From contig NC_058368.1 in NCBI RefSeq assembly GCF_018350175.1, positions 121,150,001 through 121,214,000 on the forward strand: a stretch of DNA of 64,000 nucleotides, in the 5' to 3' direction. Numbering within the stretch: position 1 is the stretch's first letter; each line of letters begins with the position of its first letter. A program made the translations under genes and the position numbers. Origin of the DNA: Felis catus. Its lineage: Eukaryota. This document shows positions 1 through 13,262 of this stretch, one piece after another. The notes under the pieces are model-generated. The model made no database searches. It was not told where the DNA came from and saw only the letters and a program-made list of their open reading frames with translations.

Positions 1-276
1 TGCATGCAGTTGGTCATAAGCAGTATTTCTGGGTTCAGAGGACGGACTCTATGGCTCTACCTTCAAAATATATCCACAATCCAACCACTGCCACCACCTC
101 CGCTAATACCACACTGACCCCGGCCACCATTAACTGTCCCCAGGATCACTGCAGTGGTCTCCCAACTGGGCTCCTACTTCCACATTTGCCCCATGGTGTC
201 TTCTCACAACACAGCAGCCAGAGAAGCTGGTGAAAATACAAATCAGACTGTGAACCTCTTCTGCTCAAAATATTTT

Positions 277-770
277 TATCAGTTGGCATTCAATCAGGAA
301 ACCAGAAACCACTCTAGATATTTCAGAGTATCAAGTATAGATATAGATATAGATATAGATATAGATATAGATATAGATATAGATATAGATAGATAGATGT
401 ATATATCATATAGATACAGATTATAGGGAATTGATTACAAAGATTACTAACTGCAGCAAGCCACTACTCACTCCCCTTAGGCTGAGGGGAAAATGGTGTA
501 ACACTGAACCTCCAATCAGAGCCACCAAAGCGACTGCAGTTGGAGCCGGGCTTCCTGGGCCAGCATTCCCAGCTGCTGTTGCTGTTAACACAGCTGCCTC
601 GTGGGAACGGCTGTCAGGATCCCCAACAGAAAAAGAGGGAAGACTTTCCTTCCGCCCGTCTTCCACCCGTTGGCAGGACTTAACAGGGAGCCAGCAGGCA
701 AGATTTCTGGGAAGTGTAGGTTGTGGCTGTCCCGCCCCAGCAGTGAGAGGAGCATGTGGAAGGAGAGATG
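277..770. mobile_element. MaLR/ERVL-type LTR-like fragment
   Basis: Starts tatcagttggcattcaatcaggaaaccagaaaccactctag...agggaattgattaca, resembling old MLT-type LTR ends. Confidence 0.45.
336..398. repeat. (ATATAG)n microsatellite
   Basis: About 9-10 hexamer units, directly visible. Confidence 0.95.
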
Positions 771-2842
771 GTGCGGTTGACAGGAAACATGCCCCGTGCA
801 GAGCACCAGTTCACTTCCTGAAACCCAGGTTTTTACAAGAGCTTTGAGGTGCCCCCTCAGGCGCCTTCCTTTCTGACCTCACTCCCTGACACTTGTCATC
901 TTGCTCACTGCACTGCAGCCACACTGGTTTCTTTGCTGCTCTCCTGCCTACAAGCCTAGCACTTGCTGTTTCCTCTGCCTGGAATAACCTTACCCCCAGA
1001 CACGTTCACCTCATGCCCTTGAGGCCTTTATGTAAAAGAAACTTTCTCAGTGATGCTTCCCTGAAAACTAATTTAAAATTGCAAACCATCCTAACTCTTG
1101 ACACCCCACATTGTTTTATTTTTCATCAAAGCATTTATCCTTTTCTAACACCTTATACATTACATGTGTGCATACGTAATTGTATTTTTTATTCTGTTGC
1201 ATACTATTTAGTTGTCTTTAAATATAGATATTTTATGTCAAATATATATGTTTTTAGGTCTCAATACCTCCCCACCAAAATGTAAGCTCCATGGGGGCTA
1301 GGATTTTGTCTGTTTTGTTTAATGATATATTCCCAGTGCACGATAAATTCTTGTTCACTGAATAAACAAACGTAATCATTAGTGGATGCATTTATTATGG
1401 GCTGAAAAGGATTAAAGGCTCTAAAAAGCATGAAGGAAGGAAAAGAAACCACCATTGCTATACCTCCTCCCCTGGGAAGCCTCTCTAACCCCACTCAGGC
1501 TACATCAGATGTACCTTCCATGTGCTTCAAATCCTCCTAGCAATTCCCCTACCCTAGAACTTGTCATGCTACGCTGTGATTATCTGTTGATAGATCTGCC
1601 TCCTCCACTGAAAGTGTAAGCACTGTGCCCTACCGAAGCGATGGTGCCCATCTGGGCAACAATGTACATCAGGCACGCAGGGCTCAAAACAGCCGTTGTC
1701 AAATGTTCCTGTCAAAAAAGAGAAGAACGCACTTAAAGGCCTCTTGTTATCATTCCTTCCTCTAGTAGTCTGGAAAAATAGAAGAGTCAAAAGCTGTGAG
1801 AAACCATAAACCAACTCAGGAAACAGTTTAGTGCAGAGGCAAAGAAAGTCTCTTAGGAATAGTTCTATCATTCTGGGGAAGAGAGGACAGGCAAAATTTA
1901 TCATGGCTTCAAAAAATATTTTAATCTTTCTATTAGAGGTATTTATGTCTCCTGAAAAGCGTTCATTGAATTATTTTAATAGCTGAATACTAGAGAATAA
2001 CAAACATGTTGAAAAAAAATCAGGTAATGAAAATCAAAATCATCATAGAAAAGCCACATGTCTCAAAACATAACAGATTTTACAGGGTATTCTCAAGTGG
2101 TAAAGGGTGTGGGGGTTAGAGCCACAAAAGTACATTAACGAAAGCATCTTTCTAATTTTGTAACCAACTTTAAGAGGAAGGAATTACCTTTACTATGTGT
2201 ATTCACCGACGGCAGAATGAGAATTCTTAAAAATAATCCTTGGGTTTTTTTTTTAGAGGTTTCTAATAGATAACTATAAAAATATCCAGTCTTTTTTGAA
2301 GAGGTTGTGGCTATATCTTAGACTTAAAATACATGTATTTATTTGCTGATAATTCAGGGGTTGGAAAAGTCATGTCACACACACATACTTAAGCACCAAA
2401 TTTATCCTAAGTAGTTCTGACTTGGCTTATAGCCTCAGCAGTTTAGAGGCATATGTAGGAGTGTCTTATCTCATCTGGTCTTAAGAAGCAGCACTGCTCA
2501 CTGCCTGCATGAATATCACCCAAGCACATCACACAGGAGAGACTCAGGACTTTGAAGGAAAGGCCTCCTCAGCTTGCCCATCTTCAGCACGAAGCACATA
2601 CACGTTGCTTTGTTTTCAGTGGCCTGCTGGTACATTCTGCATCGGGCATCCCTTTCCTCTTCTGCTTAATTAAAAATTAAATCTGACCAATGATGACTTG
2701 AAATGCATTATATGCAACAGAAATTCAGTTAATCAGAAACCTGCCTTTTTTAGTCTTACTTTTTTATCCCTTTCTCATGGCATAATTGTGCAAAATAATT
2801 CCCAACCAGAAAATGACTTCAACCTGCTGCCTGTAATGTGCA

Positions 2843-2848
2843 TTTATT
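2843..2848 (-). terminator. candidate polyadenylation signal for GRXCR2
   Basis: AATAAA on the minus strand about 300 nt after the stop. Another lies at 2338-2343; which is used cannot be determined from sequence. Confidence 0.35.
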
Positions 2849-3149
2849 TGCTCACTAGTGTAAGGAAAAAACCGAGCTAAGCCAAGTAAGATACACGCAC
2901 ACGTTCCTGGAAGGATAATTTTAGAACCCGTTTCAAAGCCGACTCTAATTCGAAAATGCCTCTGCCACTTAGAACCACATGGAGATGTTACCAGCCTCAC
3001 GAAATGTCATCAAGTAATTGAGTTTTGCCAGTGGTGGAAGTGGTGGTAGGCACTGTGGCTTCCTTGCTGGGAGAGGGAAGAGAAGGAGGGGGTTTATAAG
3101 CAGTAACTTCAGGAAGGATGCGATAACAGCGGACATACAAAGCCACAGG

Positions 3150-3332
3150 CTATTGATTGCAAATCTGGCAAGGCTGCAGGCCGTTCTCATTGCAGGCAGG
3201 GCACCGCAGGGCCCGATAGGACTCCTTAAATCTGTTGGCCAGCATGGAGAACTTGCTGCCGTGGCACAGAGAGCAGGTGGCACTGCCCGACCCTCGGCAG
3301 TGAAAACAGTTGTCCTCGGGAAGCTCCCCTTC
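3150..3332 (-). CDS. GRXCR2: GRXCR2 coding exon 3 (183 nt including TAG stop), Cys-rich C-terminal domain
   Basis: Acceptor tcttgcag|GAA. Encodes EGELPEDNCFHCRGSGSATCSLCHGSKFSMLANRFKESYRALRCPACNENGLQPCQICNQ*. Joined CDS is 336+228+183 = 747 nt = 248 aa + stop. Confidence 0.97.
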   Translation of the reverse strand, partial: EGELPEDNCFHCRGSGSATCSLCHGSKFSMLANRFKESYRALRCPACNENGLQPCQICNQ

Positions 3333-3656
3333 CTGCAAGAGACAGGGCAGCATTCAGTTAGAGACCACTGTTCAAATACACGTTGAAATAGCACTGGGCT
3401 ACCAGAAGGGCAGAGGCAGAACGAGAGCAGAAAATGCTTCCCACAAATGCCAAAGAGGGAACTGACCAGAGGCACACAATTCTCACTGCAATTTTATCAG
3501 AGAGGATCTCCCTGATGAAATCTCTGAGACGCCATCCCCTGCTACGATGCCTTGCACTTTGCAGCTTTACGTTCTTCACTGCCCTTGTCACCATCTGACG
3601 TGTCATTTCTGTGTGCTCCGTCAGGACAAGGACCTACTTATCTGCATTGCCAAATA

Positions 3657-3900
3657 CTAATAGTGAACAGCTGCAGTGTGCCTAGGTGGTGCGAGGTGCT
3701 GTTCTAAGAGCTTTGTTTACGTTAATCCGTACAACACCCCAGTGAGGTGGTGCAAATATTATCATCCTTGCTGCAGATGTGAAAATTGAGACACTGAGAA
3801 GTTCGGTTATTTGCCAATGGTCACACAGCCTTGGAGGAGAGGAGGCAGATTTTGATTCCAGATGACTGAGCACCAGAGTTCATGCTCTTACTGACTCCAT
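3657..3900 (-). mobile_element. MIR SINE
   Basis: Reverse MIR core (gcagatgtgaaaattgagacactgagaagttcggttatttgccaatggtcacacagc). Confidence 0.75.
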
Positions 3901-5887
3901 ACACAGCCCCTCGCTGTACCTGTCCAGCAGCAGGCGTTCAAGAGATACTGTTTTTGTGTGACTGGCCGAGAGCCGAGTGGATGAATGAATCGATGTTACA
4001 ATCCTTCGAAGCTGAGCTCCGAATTCCTGCAGTACTTTATTTTCTTTGATACCTGTGATAAGGCCTGAGAGAGCAAGCAATCATGCACCTTGGAAAGTTC
4101 CCTTGACCTTTCCAAGGTCTCTACATCTTTGTTTTTCTTTCCCTGCAAAATGGGAGTAGTAATGCTGACCTCTCAGAGTAGCTGGAATATTAAATGAGAG
4201 TGAGAAAAAAACCCACAATTTGTCACCTGGCATATTATAGATTTTCCACAAAAGTTAATTCACTTCTAAGCCCTGCTAGTGAGTCTTGACTTACTAGTGC
4301 TCGACTCCCATCCTGCAGAATATGCCCCTTGTCTACTGCATGTTCCTTCCCTAAGACACCTCAAGGAAACTAGCAACCTTTGCATTCCTGTGCAAAGACT
4401 GTGCATAGACCATGAACCTCCCAAGAAATAAGGGGCGGTACCAAATCAATACCAGGTGGATCCAGCACCAAGTCCTGTCTATTTCACTTGCAAAACATAT
4501 CTCAGATCCATCCAGTTTTCACCACCCACAACCGCAATGCTAGTCCAGATACACACCAACTCTGGCATGGATTTAGTGTGGAGCCCTGCCTCTAGTCTTG
4601 GGGGTGGCTCTCCCCAAACCAGACAACAATTATTTGTTTTCAGATGTTGGCTTAGCAGCACTTATCCAGGAAGCCTTGCCTCCCCACATCTCTGGGCCAG
4701 GAGTCCTGTCCCACCTGTCCTGCCCCAAGCATGGCAGGCCTCATCTTCTACTGAAAGTTCCTGCTGACCAGACATGAAGCTCTCTGTGCTAGTCCCTGTC
4801 ACCCTCACCTCCAAGACTTCTAGTGCAGTGCCTGGCACAACATGTGCCATTCACATGTTTGCCAGATGAACAAACAAAACGACCATGTCTGGAGAACCCT
4901 TCTGATTCTTAAATCCTAGGACCTAACAAGATGGCAGAATCCACTGGGTGGCTCAACCCAGCTAACACAGCTTTCTTTTATAATTTAAGAATAAAAATAA
5001 TCTTGAAAAGGGCGGCAGGAGTTCTGAAAATAGTTCCATTGTGCTACGAAGTGCCTAAGAAGATACCACATTTTATTCATTCTAGATTTAGGGAATGGAA
5101 GTGATCATCCAACCGACAAAAGCCTAAATGTATCCTTCGGTTAATATTTTATTGATTGTGGCCATATTTTAATACATCAACAATGGAGAAACCTGTTTTC
5201 TACCCTTAAAGTATTCAAAATAAGTGTGTTTTCCAAAATATTCTTTAAGGAAATGGTCACAGTCCATTTTTCTGCTAAATCCACATTTTTTTTTTTTTGT
5301 ACTTGATCCCAGGGAGATTTTAATGTTGTCAGTGCTGCCAAAGGAAGTATAGTAAATTCCTACCAAAATGCTATACATGTCATCCAAAAATTAATTTGCA
5401 TACAATGTCAGGTTCAGCTATGAAAAGATTCATGAAATGACCTGGTGCACCTGCTTGCGGAGAACAAAAACAAATCATCGATCAAATTTTATCTAATGTC
5501 ACGTGGTTGTATGAGGTACTATTAGAAGGCTCCCTGGAATTTCCATTCTTACCCTGGGTTACCACCCTCCTTCCAACCACTTGCTCTCAGCATGTCATTT
5601 AATCATTTAATGATTAAATCAAGGGCTACTGGGCCTCTATTCAAGGCAAGAGGGATATAAGCTTCTGTCTTCCATTCTCAGCATTTTTAATCTCCTCTCA
5701 GAAAATAATCAGTAAGATGGCTTAGAACATAGTTGTACTGCACAGTTTAGGTCCTGGAACCGACAGACCTACCCAAACCACCTCTTACTAGCTCCATGGC
5801 CAAGGAAAGGGGCCTCAGCTTTCACACTGCAGACTCAAAGGCTTGTGGTAGCCCTGATGATGCTAAGGAGCACCAACCTGGAGACTG

Positions 5888-6135
5888 CTCAGCAGAGTGG
5901 TTAAGATGATAGGACTGGTAGTCAGGTGGTCCAGGGTTTGACCACTGGCTCTGATAACCTCTGGCAAGTTACTTAACTTCTCTGTGCCTCAGTTTCCCCA
6001 GCTCAAGAGTGGGACTGCTAACAATCACTACCTCACAGAGTCCTTGTGAGAATGAAGTAGACTAATGCATAGAAAGCACTGGGCATGGTGGTTGGCTATC
6101 ACAGGCCCTCAATAAATGACAGTTGTTGTCATTGT
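5888..6135 (+). mobile_element. MIR SINE
   Basis: ggcaagttacttaacttctctgtgcctcagtttcc core, with gtggttaag head and caataaatg tail. Confidence 0.8.
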
Positions 6136-6924
6136 TGTCGCCTATTTCAAAGGCAAGAGCGCAGAAGGCATAAAGAAGTCCGGATGAGTTATGGTCTCAA
6201 ATCCACCGAACATACGGCCAGATTTTTCCCCTTCCATATTTCACTGTGGCTCAATTCAATTATTGCTCTCCTTTTCTTTTACGGTGAATACAGACGGTCA
6301 GCATGGCCTGGCCGTTAGCCTTGCCTTGCTCTTTCATCAAGGTTCCCACTGCTTCCCTGCTCCATATAACACAACAAAGGGTCTCCTGGTCAGAAGGGGC
6401 GCCTTGATGTTCTCTGACCCTCTTTTTTAAAATAAAACCTGGCTGGGCATTTATTGCATGAGGGATTTGGCAAACAAATAGCAATTTAAAACAGAGTTTA
6501 AAAGACAGGCAAGTGAAGTATAACCTTTCACGGCAACTCTCTGCTGCACGCCTCTGTCCTAGTTTGTGGTATTACAGCCAGAAAACATGGATCTCTCCAA
6601 ATTGAATTTACAGATAATTGTCATGTCAGGGCTGTTGTTGCTTTTTTTTTTTTTTTTTTTTCAGGCCAGCGGCGTGACCTGCATTTTATCATTTCTGGCT
6701 CCTTTCTGAAAATATATGCTCCTACAAATTACAAAACGGCTTGAAAAAGAATAGAATTAATGAATTTTAAAGTGGGGAGGCAATGCTTCGGATCACAATG
6801 TTTAGTAGTCTGCCTGCTGCTAAGCTGGGTTCTGAATAGTGCTATGTAACAAGGCAAGAGAAGGCAGAAGGACGATACTTCCTTACCAGCTGGCACTCTG
6901 GTCCCAAATTCCAATATTCTCTCC

Positions 6925-7570
6925 ACAAATATTTAACTAATATGCACTGTGCGCCTACTCTGTGCCAACCTGTATTTTCATTCTCACTGTTGTGCCACTG
7001 GAACTACTATACCAAATCCAACATAAACATGGCCCCAGCCCTCGTGCAGACAAAACTCTAGTGTGTGACAGCAAACGTTAACCAAATAACTACACAGAGG
7101 AATTGAAGACTGCAACTGAGGAGGGGTGCGAGGTACTCTGAGGGGTCTATCCTCTGAGGAAGTGATGTCTCCACTTTCAGATGCTAAGGGGAAGGGGGTG
7201 GGGAATCTGGAGAACATTCTAAGCAGAGGGAAGTTGCCTCTGCTAGGAAAGGGCAAAGAACATATGAATGGTAGCTAGATGGGCAGTGTGTCTGGGACAG
7301 AGAGAACGAGGAGAGATGTGTAAGAGGAGAATAAACAGGCCGGGAGGGTCCAGGCTATACAACGTTTTCTACAACAAGTCAGAAGGTTTGGTTTCATTCC
7401 AAGGGATGAGATGTCACTTAAAGTTTGGGGTGGGGGAAGAGAGTGATGAAGGGGTGACATGATCATATTTGCATTTCAAATATATCTTATCTAGTGTGAG
7501 ATCAGGTGGGAAAGAGACGTGAGTCGTTGTGAGCAGAACTTTAATAAGAGTCTTTTGCTAGAGTCTGGTC
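6925..7570 (-). mobile_element. L2 LINE fragment
   Basis: Purine-rich reverse L2 pattern (acaaatattt...cctactctgtgcca...cattctaagcagagggaa...gacatgatcatatttgcattt). Confidence 0.55.
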
Positions 7571-7864
7571 ATGACTTTCTCATTCCCATCCTCTAAACCT
7601 TGCCAGGGTGGGGATATCACTCAAGTATGAGGAAGACGCTGGCTCACTGCGTCACACCAACTCATGGGAGGTGAGAGTAAGTTCCACAGAAAGCTTCCGC
7701 TCCCAAGAGATGGAATCTGAAGAGAGAGAAAATTCATTTCTGCTGCTATCCAAGCTTTTACTCTCTTAGCTTAAAACCATCAAACTTGCTTTTCCCACTC
7801 CCAACCCCACACTGTGAACTAATGAATATCATCACTCTACCCCCTCATCTGAGCACGTCTAAGC

Positions 7865-8520
7865 AACAGTTTCCAAGGTGAAGAGGGCACACCTCTGAGG
7901 AGTGTGGGAAGAAAAAAAATTCTAACTATTTATATTTACTTTTTATCTTAAAAAGGCAAGAAATTAAGCGTCAATAATCTCTTCAAAATAAACCGTTATA
8001 CTAATTTTTAATAAACTAGTTGACACTGGTACCTTCACTAGGTCAGGCAGTGACCAAACATGGTACCCAGGGGACCCTAGAGTAAACATGATGTAAAGTG
8101 ACCTCACTGCGTGCAAAGTGACAATGGTGTCCCAGCTCACTCATTCGCTTTGAGCATTTGAAGTTCTCTTGTCCCTGGTCTAGAAGACTTAGAGACAATA
8201 TGGCTTAATTTCAACTAAACTAATCTCTACAAAACTGGACACATGTCTTCATAAGATCTCTTCCAGGAAACTGGATTGAGGATAAACCAGTAAGACAAAC
8301 ACAAGCAAACCCATTAAGAAAAAGAACAGAGCTGATTTTTTCCATCTCTGGAACAAGCTGTTCTTTGCCACATTGCAACGTGAAAACAGTTAATACCTAA
8401 TTGGATCTCAAAAGAAGTCATGAAAAAAAAATTGTGTGTATTTGAAATATATACATAACTATTTTGCTAATCACTTACCATTAAAATATAATAATAAAGT
8501 TAAAATTCTTGAACATCTTT
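7865..8520. mobile_element. possible old hAT-Charlie-type DNA transposon remnant
   Basis: gggaagaaaa..ttctaactatttatatttactttttatctt motif resembles Charlie-family ends; degraded. Confidence 0.35.
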
Positions 8521-8644
8521 AACAGTTAGACATCTTAAGTATTTACATTCAAGTTTTTTCTGAAGTAGTGCAAAGATCAAAACCATGTGGAGACCACTGC
8601 TGTAGGGCCAGCTCCAAGTAGGACAGCGAACCATTCTGACACAC

Positions 8645-8872
8645 CTGTGGGTACTGGTTATGGGGGAATGTGCTTTCCGTGTCTGGCAAATGCCCATCAT
8701 TCAGGCCGCTGTCTCCACAGATTTCTTCTTTGCTCATCAGAGACTCCTCCTCGGCCTCCTCTTCCTTCTGGAGCATTTTCCGCATGAAGTCTCTCTTGTC
8801 CATTGGGGTTCGGATGATTTTCAGGTTGTTCGTGTAGATGATTATCTTTCCAAAATCTATAATAGGTGGGGA
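8645..8872 (-). CDS. GRXCR2: GRXCR2 coding exon 2 (228 nt)
   Basis: Acceptor ttctctag|TCC. Encodes SPPIIDFGKIIIYTNNLKIIRTPMDKRDFMRKMLQKEEEAEEESL...HNQYPQ. Donor CAG|GTGTGT, phase 0-0. Confidence 0.96.
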
Positions 8873-9289
8873 CTAGAGAAATGGAGAATGAGCATGGAGA
8901 TTTAACACCGATCACCATATACAGGGCTGCAGAAACCGTTCAACATCCCAGGCAACAGGAGAGAAGGACCTTGTAACCATCTAGCATTTATGATTCCAAC
9001 AGACCCCAAAGCTACAATTCACTCCCTGGTTTGTTCACTCTCTCTAAAATCCTTAAAACCCAGATTCCTTCCCCTTGTTGATGGTAACCAAGCAAAGCTG
9101 AACTAACTGTATAACCGGGACTGCAGGGTGGGAGCCAGAACTTCTATTCCCACTACATACAGCAGTAGCTGATGCAGGGATGCACACAGAAAGAGTTTAA
9201 TAAATACAGAAGAGGGCTTAAAAAAATAAACAGCTCTCCAAAATTGTTATGCATAAATAATAATAGATAAAATTTACTGATTATCATTA

Positions 9290-9530
9290 TTTGATTATAG
9301 TGGATAGCATTTATTTTGTGTGGGGCACCACGATAAGCATTTACAAACATTACCTCACTTTCCCCTCAAGCATCCCTTGAGGCGGATGCTATGATTTCTA
9401 CATCTTACCGATGAGGAGACTGAATCACAGTGAAGTAAAGAGTCTCCCAAGGTTACAGTTAGTCAGGGTCTGTGGCTGGGATTCGAACCCCAGTGTGTTT
9501 AACTCTAAAGTCCATATTCTCAACACCTAC
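9290..9530 (-). mobile_element. MIR SINE
   Basis: gatgaggagactgaatcacagtgaagtaaag...ccaaggttacag...gggattcgaaccc. Confidence 0.75.
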
Positions 9531-9721
9531 CCTGCACTATTCACAAGCATCTTCTCCCTAAAAACCTGTAAGATTGTTATGTATATAATGATCTTATGTA
9601 AATACATAATATATAATGATCTTATATATGTGCAATCATCTTACATATATGTAATGTTTTTATTATTTGTACAATACAAAAATCTTTTAATGTCAAAAAA
9701 TATACTTCTATAGCATTATTA

Positions 9722-9851
9722 TTTTTTTTTTAAGTAGGCTTCAGGCCCAGTGCAGAGCTCAATGCGGGGCTTGAACTCATAACTCTGAGATCAAGACCTG
9801 AGCTGAGATCAAGAGTCAGATGCCTAACCAACTGAGCCACCCAGGGACCCT
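9722..9851 (-). mobile_element. short CAN-SINE
   Basis: tRNA-derived head (actgagccacccaggga) with poly-T; lacks the CT tract. Confidence 0.85.
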
Positions 9852-10534
9852 GTGGCATCATTATCAATAGCTCACGTTCTTTTGTATAGATTTATCATGT
9901 ATTACTTGACAATTCGCTGAGGAATAATTGAAACAATACTACAACAACGCAGTAAGGAAGTGTGGGAAGTAAATGTTTAGGGATTATTAACTAAGAACAC
10001 ATATTGCCTCCCAGAGCTAGGATAGCTTGGAGGGAAACAACTCCAGCTCTCAATTCCGCTCTTCACCAACTGTGAGATATAAGAGAATCACGTGACCTCT
10101 GAGAACCGCGGTTTGCTCCTCCGCAAATGGGGTGACATCTAACTGATGGGGTTCACTGATGGGCTTCACCACAGACAAAGCTATTATCAAAACAGAAGAA
10201 TACTTTGATACTGGGTGGTAAGCAGGTGCTGTCCTGAGACTCCTGAGCGCCCTCCTGTTACCCAGAGCTCTCTTCAGGGAACCTCTCACATCCCCTAAAC
10301 CCAGTAATGTAGTGGTCGTTGCTCAGAAGTCCACGTTTCAGGACCCTGCCCCAATATCCTGCTGGCTTCTGTGCTGATTGGGCAACGTCCCTGTGGTTAA
10401 AGATTTGGACTCCCATCCCTGAGGCTAATTATATCAATTTCTAGGGGTAGGGGTGCAATCAAGAGTATATAAGACAGGGTTTCCAAAAGCTAAAAATACT
10501 ATATACTGGTGGGCATTGTTAACATTGCTAGTAT

Positions 10535-10741
10535 TTTTTTTTAACGTTTATTTTTGAGAGAGAGATAGAGCATGAGCGGGGAGGAGCAGAGAGAGAGGGA
10601 GACACAGAACCTGAAGCAAGCTCCAGGCTCCGAGCTGTCAACACAGAGCCCGACGCGGGGCTCCAACCCACGGACTGTGAGATCATGACCTGAGCCGAAG
10701 TCAGACGGTAAACCAACCACTCTGAGCCACCCAGGCGCCCC
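10535..10741 (-). mobile_element. feline CAN-SINE with perfect 15-bp TSD
   Basis: Full head, CT tract and A tail; TSD TAACATTGCTAGTAT at 10520-10534 and 10742-10756. Confidence 0.95.
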
Positions 10742-11900
10742 TAACATTGCTAGTATGAAAAACTGTCCATTGGCAGTCCACACACAATCATGCTACACAG
10801 CTAAATACCCCAACGTGAAATCCTCTGCCCCGCCCTTATACAACGGGAGAAACCAAATCTACTTAGATGCCACAATTAAACAGTCTCCTCTTTACAACCC
10901 TAACGCATTCAGTCACAACCTGGCTTAAACAGGACTTCAGTACTCAGGCCCCCTTCCTTGAAACACCCGCAGAGTTTTCAATCATTATTTATGAAGCCAC
11001 AAGCTTCCTACTTGGGCCTGTTTTCTCTCCTTCTCTTCAAGGGATCGTGTGGCAGCTTCCATTTCCTATTGTTTGATGCTCACTGGGCTCGTGTTTCACA
11101 CTCTGGACTATCAGTTTCTGAACATCAGAAGATAAAGATGGTGGCACTTCTGGAAGGTTCCATTTCCACTTCCACTAATAGCCAAAGAGGTTCAATTACT
11201 AGGGAACTTTTTTTCACACATAGAACTGGTTTTCTTGGGGTGAAACCCTTTATAGTATGTTGAAAAAAAAAGTCTGTGGTCGTAGAGTCCAACCTCCTGC
11301 CTCTAACCTGGTCAATATGTGAGACACCAAAGATTGTAAATTTATTTTTAATGTACTCCAAAGAAGCAGGGTCCCAAATCACCTTTAAGGTGTGCTTAAG
11401 TTTCAGTCACCCTGACAGCCAAGTTCTTCCTTGTGTCTAAGGAAACGCTCCGGGTGTAACTAAAGTTCACATTATCTGGTTACGCCCAATTGCCCGTGAG
11501 AAACACCCACTCTTCCATTACAGAGGGCCATGAGGAAGCCAGGAATTTTTTTGTTTCCTTCCATAGTGCCCAGAACGGCAACTTACGGGACTGACCTTCA
11601 TAAATGCCCTTGACAGTGGCAATGTGCCTGCAGACTGCTCTTCAGACACCACGAAAACTTTCTGTGGCTCTGCGTTTAGATGCGGGGACACCTTCCTGGG
11701 TCCTAGAAATGCAATGGGCTTTGGAGGCAGGCAGGCCTGAGGCGAATTTTTCTGTGCAAGATTTGCAAGTTACTAAACTCCTGTGCACTGTTTCTCCAAT
11801 TTGTAAGAATCTTTCTCAATGAATTACTGTGAAGATGAAATTACATAATATATACAGAGTATATGTTTAGTAAATGCCATTTCCCTCCCTTTCCCTTCCA

Positions 11901-12115
11901 TTTTTTTTTTCAACGTTTTTATTTATTTTTGGGACAGAGAGAGACAGAGCATGAACGGGGGAGGGGCAGAGAGAGAGAGAGAGACAGAATCAGAAACAGG
12001 CTCCAGGCTCCGAGCCATCAGTCCAGAGCCTGACGCGGGGCTCGAACTCACGGACCGCGAGATCGTGACCTGGCTGAAGTCGGACGCTTAACCGACTGCG
12101 CCACCCAGGCGCCCC
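11901..12115 (-). mobile_element. young feline CAN-SINE
   Basis: CpG-rich and near consensus; TSD tcccttccatttt. Confidence 0.95.
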
Positions 12116-12379
12116 TCCCTTCCATTTTTTTTAAAGGAACCTTATAAAACTTCAGTTGGTTTCAATTCTTTAAAATATTTAGTTGTTTATAACCACTTTC
12201 TCTTTCTCTATCCCATAAAACTTTTTACAAAGACTCAGTATTTCTTTGATAGGAACCTGGTCATTATCACAATGGTAGGGAACATTAGCTAAGCACATCC
12301 AATATTTCAGGCATAATGCTAAGTATTTCTTACATACAAACTTTTTTTAATCACCACAACAATCTTCATAAGTAGATAC

Positions 12380-12616
12380 TTTTTTTAAAGTTTATTTATT
12401 TGTTTTGAGAGAGAGTATGTGCATGCAAGCGAGGGATGGGCAGAGAGACAGAGAAACAGAGACAGAGACAGAGACAGAGACAGAGAGAATCCCAAGCAGG
12501 TTCTGCACTGTTAGCACAGAGCCCAATGCGGAGCTTGAACTCACGAACCATGAGATTATGACCTGAGCCATAACCAAGAGTTGGATGCTTAGCTGACTGA
12601 GCCACCCAGGTGCCCC
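12380..12616 (-). mobile_element. CAN-SINE inserted in a MIR
   Basis: Typical head, (GAGACA)n tract and poly-T. Confidence 0.9.
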
Positions 12617-12764
12617 ATAAATAGGTATTTTTATTACTCTCATCTCATAGACGATAACATTAAAGCTTGGCAAGGCTAAGTGGTTTGCTTAAGCTCCCAC
12701 AGTAAGTAGGCAGAGTGGACAAAAAGCCCAGGTTTAAAAGACATTAGAGTCCCTGTTTCTTAAT

Positions 12765-13262
12765 TATTATTTTTACTGTGGTAAAATATATTACATAAGA
12801 TTTACCACTTGAACCATTTCTAAGTGGACAGACAGGTCAGTGGCATTGGTACATTCACACTGTTGTGTAACCATTACCACCAACCATCTCCAGAGCTTTT
12901 TCATCTTCCCAAACTGAAACTCTGTGCCCATTAAACACTCACCTCGCCCCTCCCCCAGCCTCTGGCAACCACTGCTCTACTTTCTGTCTCTATAAATCTG
13001 ATTGCCCTAGGCACCTCATATAGGTGGAATCATATAATTATCTTTTTATGACTAGTTTCTTTCCCTTAGCACAAGGTCTTCATCCATGTTGTAGCATGTG
13101 TCAGAACGGCCCTCCTTTTTAAGGCTGAATAATATTCGCCTGTGTGTATATATCCCATTTTATTTGTCTATTCATCTACTGGTGGATATTTGGGTTGTTT
13201 CCACTTGTAAGCAATTGTGAATACAGCAGCTATGAACATTGGTGTACAAATATCTGTTCAAA
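12765..13262 (-). mobile_element. L1 3'-end fragment (old mammalian L1M type)
   Basis: acattcacactgttgtgtaaccattaccacc, tctggcaaccact..ctactttctgtctcta, ttcatccatgttgtagcatgtgtcaga. Confidence 0.85.

Larger units (their letters stand above)
40..1375 (+). mobile_element. L2 LINE fragments, interrupted by an LTR-like insert
   Basis: Typical L2 3' motifs at ~40-270 and ~850-1375 (ctaccttcaaaatatatcc, cacagcagccagag, ctgcagccacactgg, tgtaagctccatg, tgaataaac). Confidence 0.7.

Noticed and set aside
154..396. ORF ending in DIDIDID...
   Set aside because: Translation of the (ATATAG)n microsatellite.
2969..3475. 168-aa minus and 122-aa plus ORFs overlapping GRXCR2 exon 3
   Set aside because: Alternative-frame and antisense shadows of a GC-rich exon, with no recognisable protein features.
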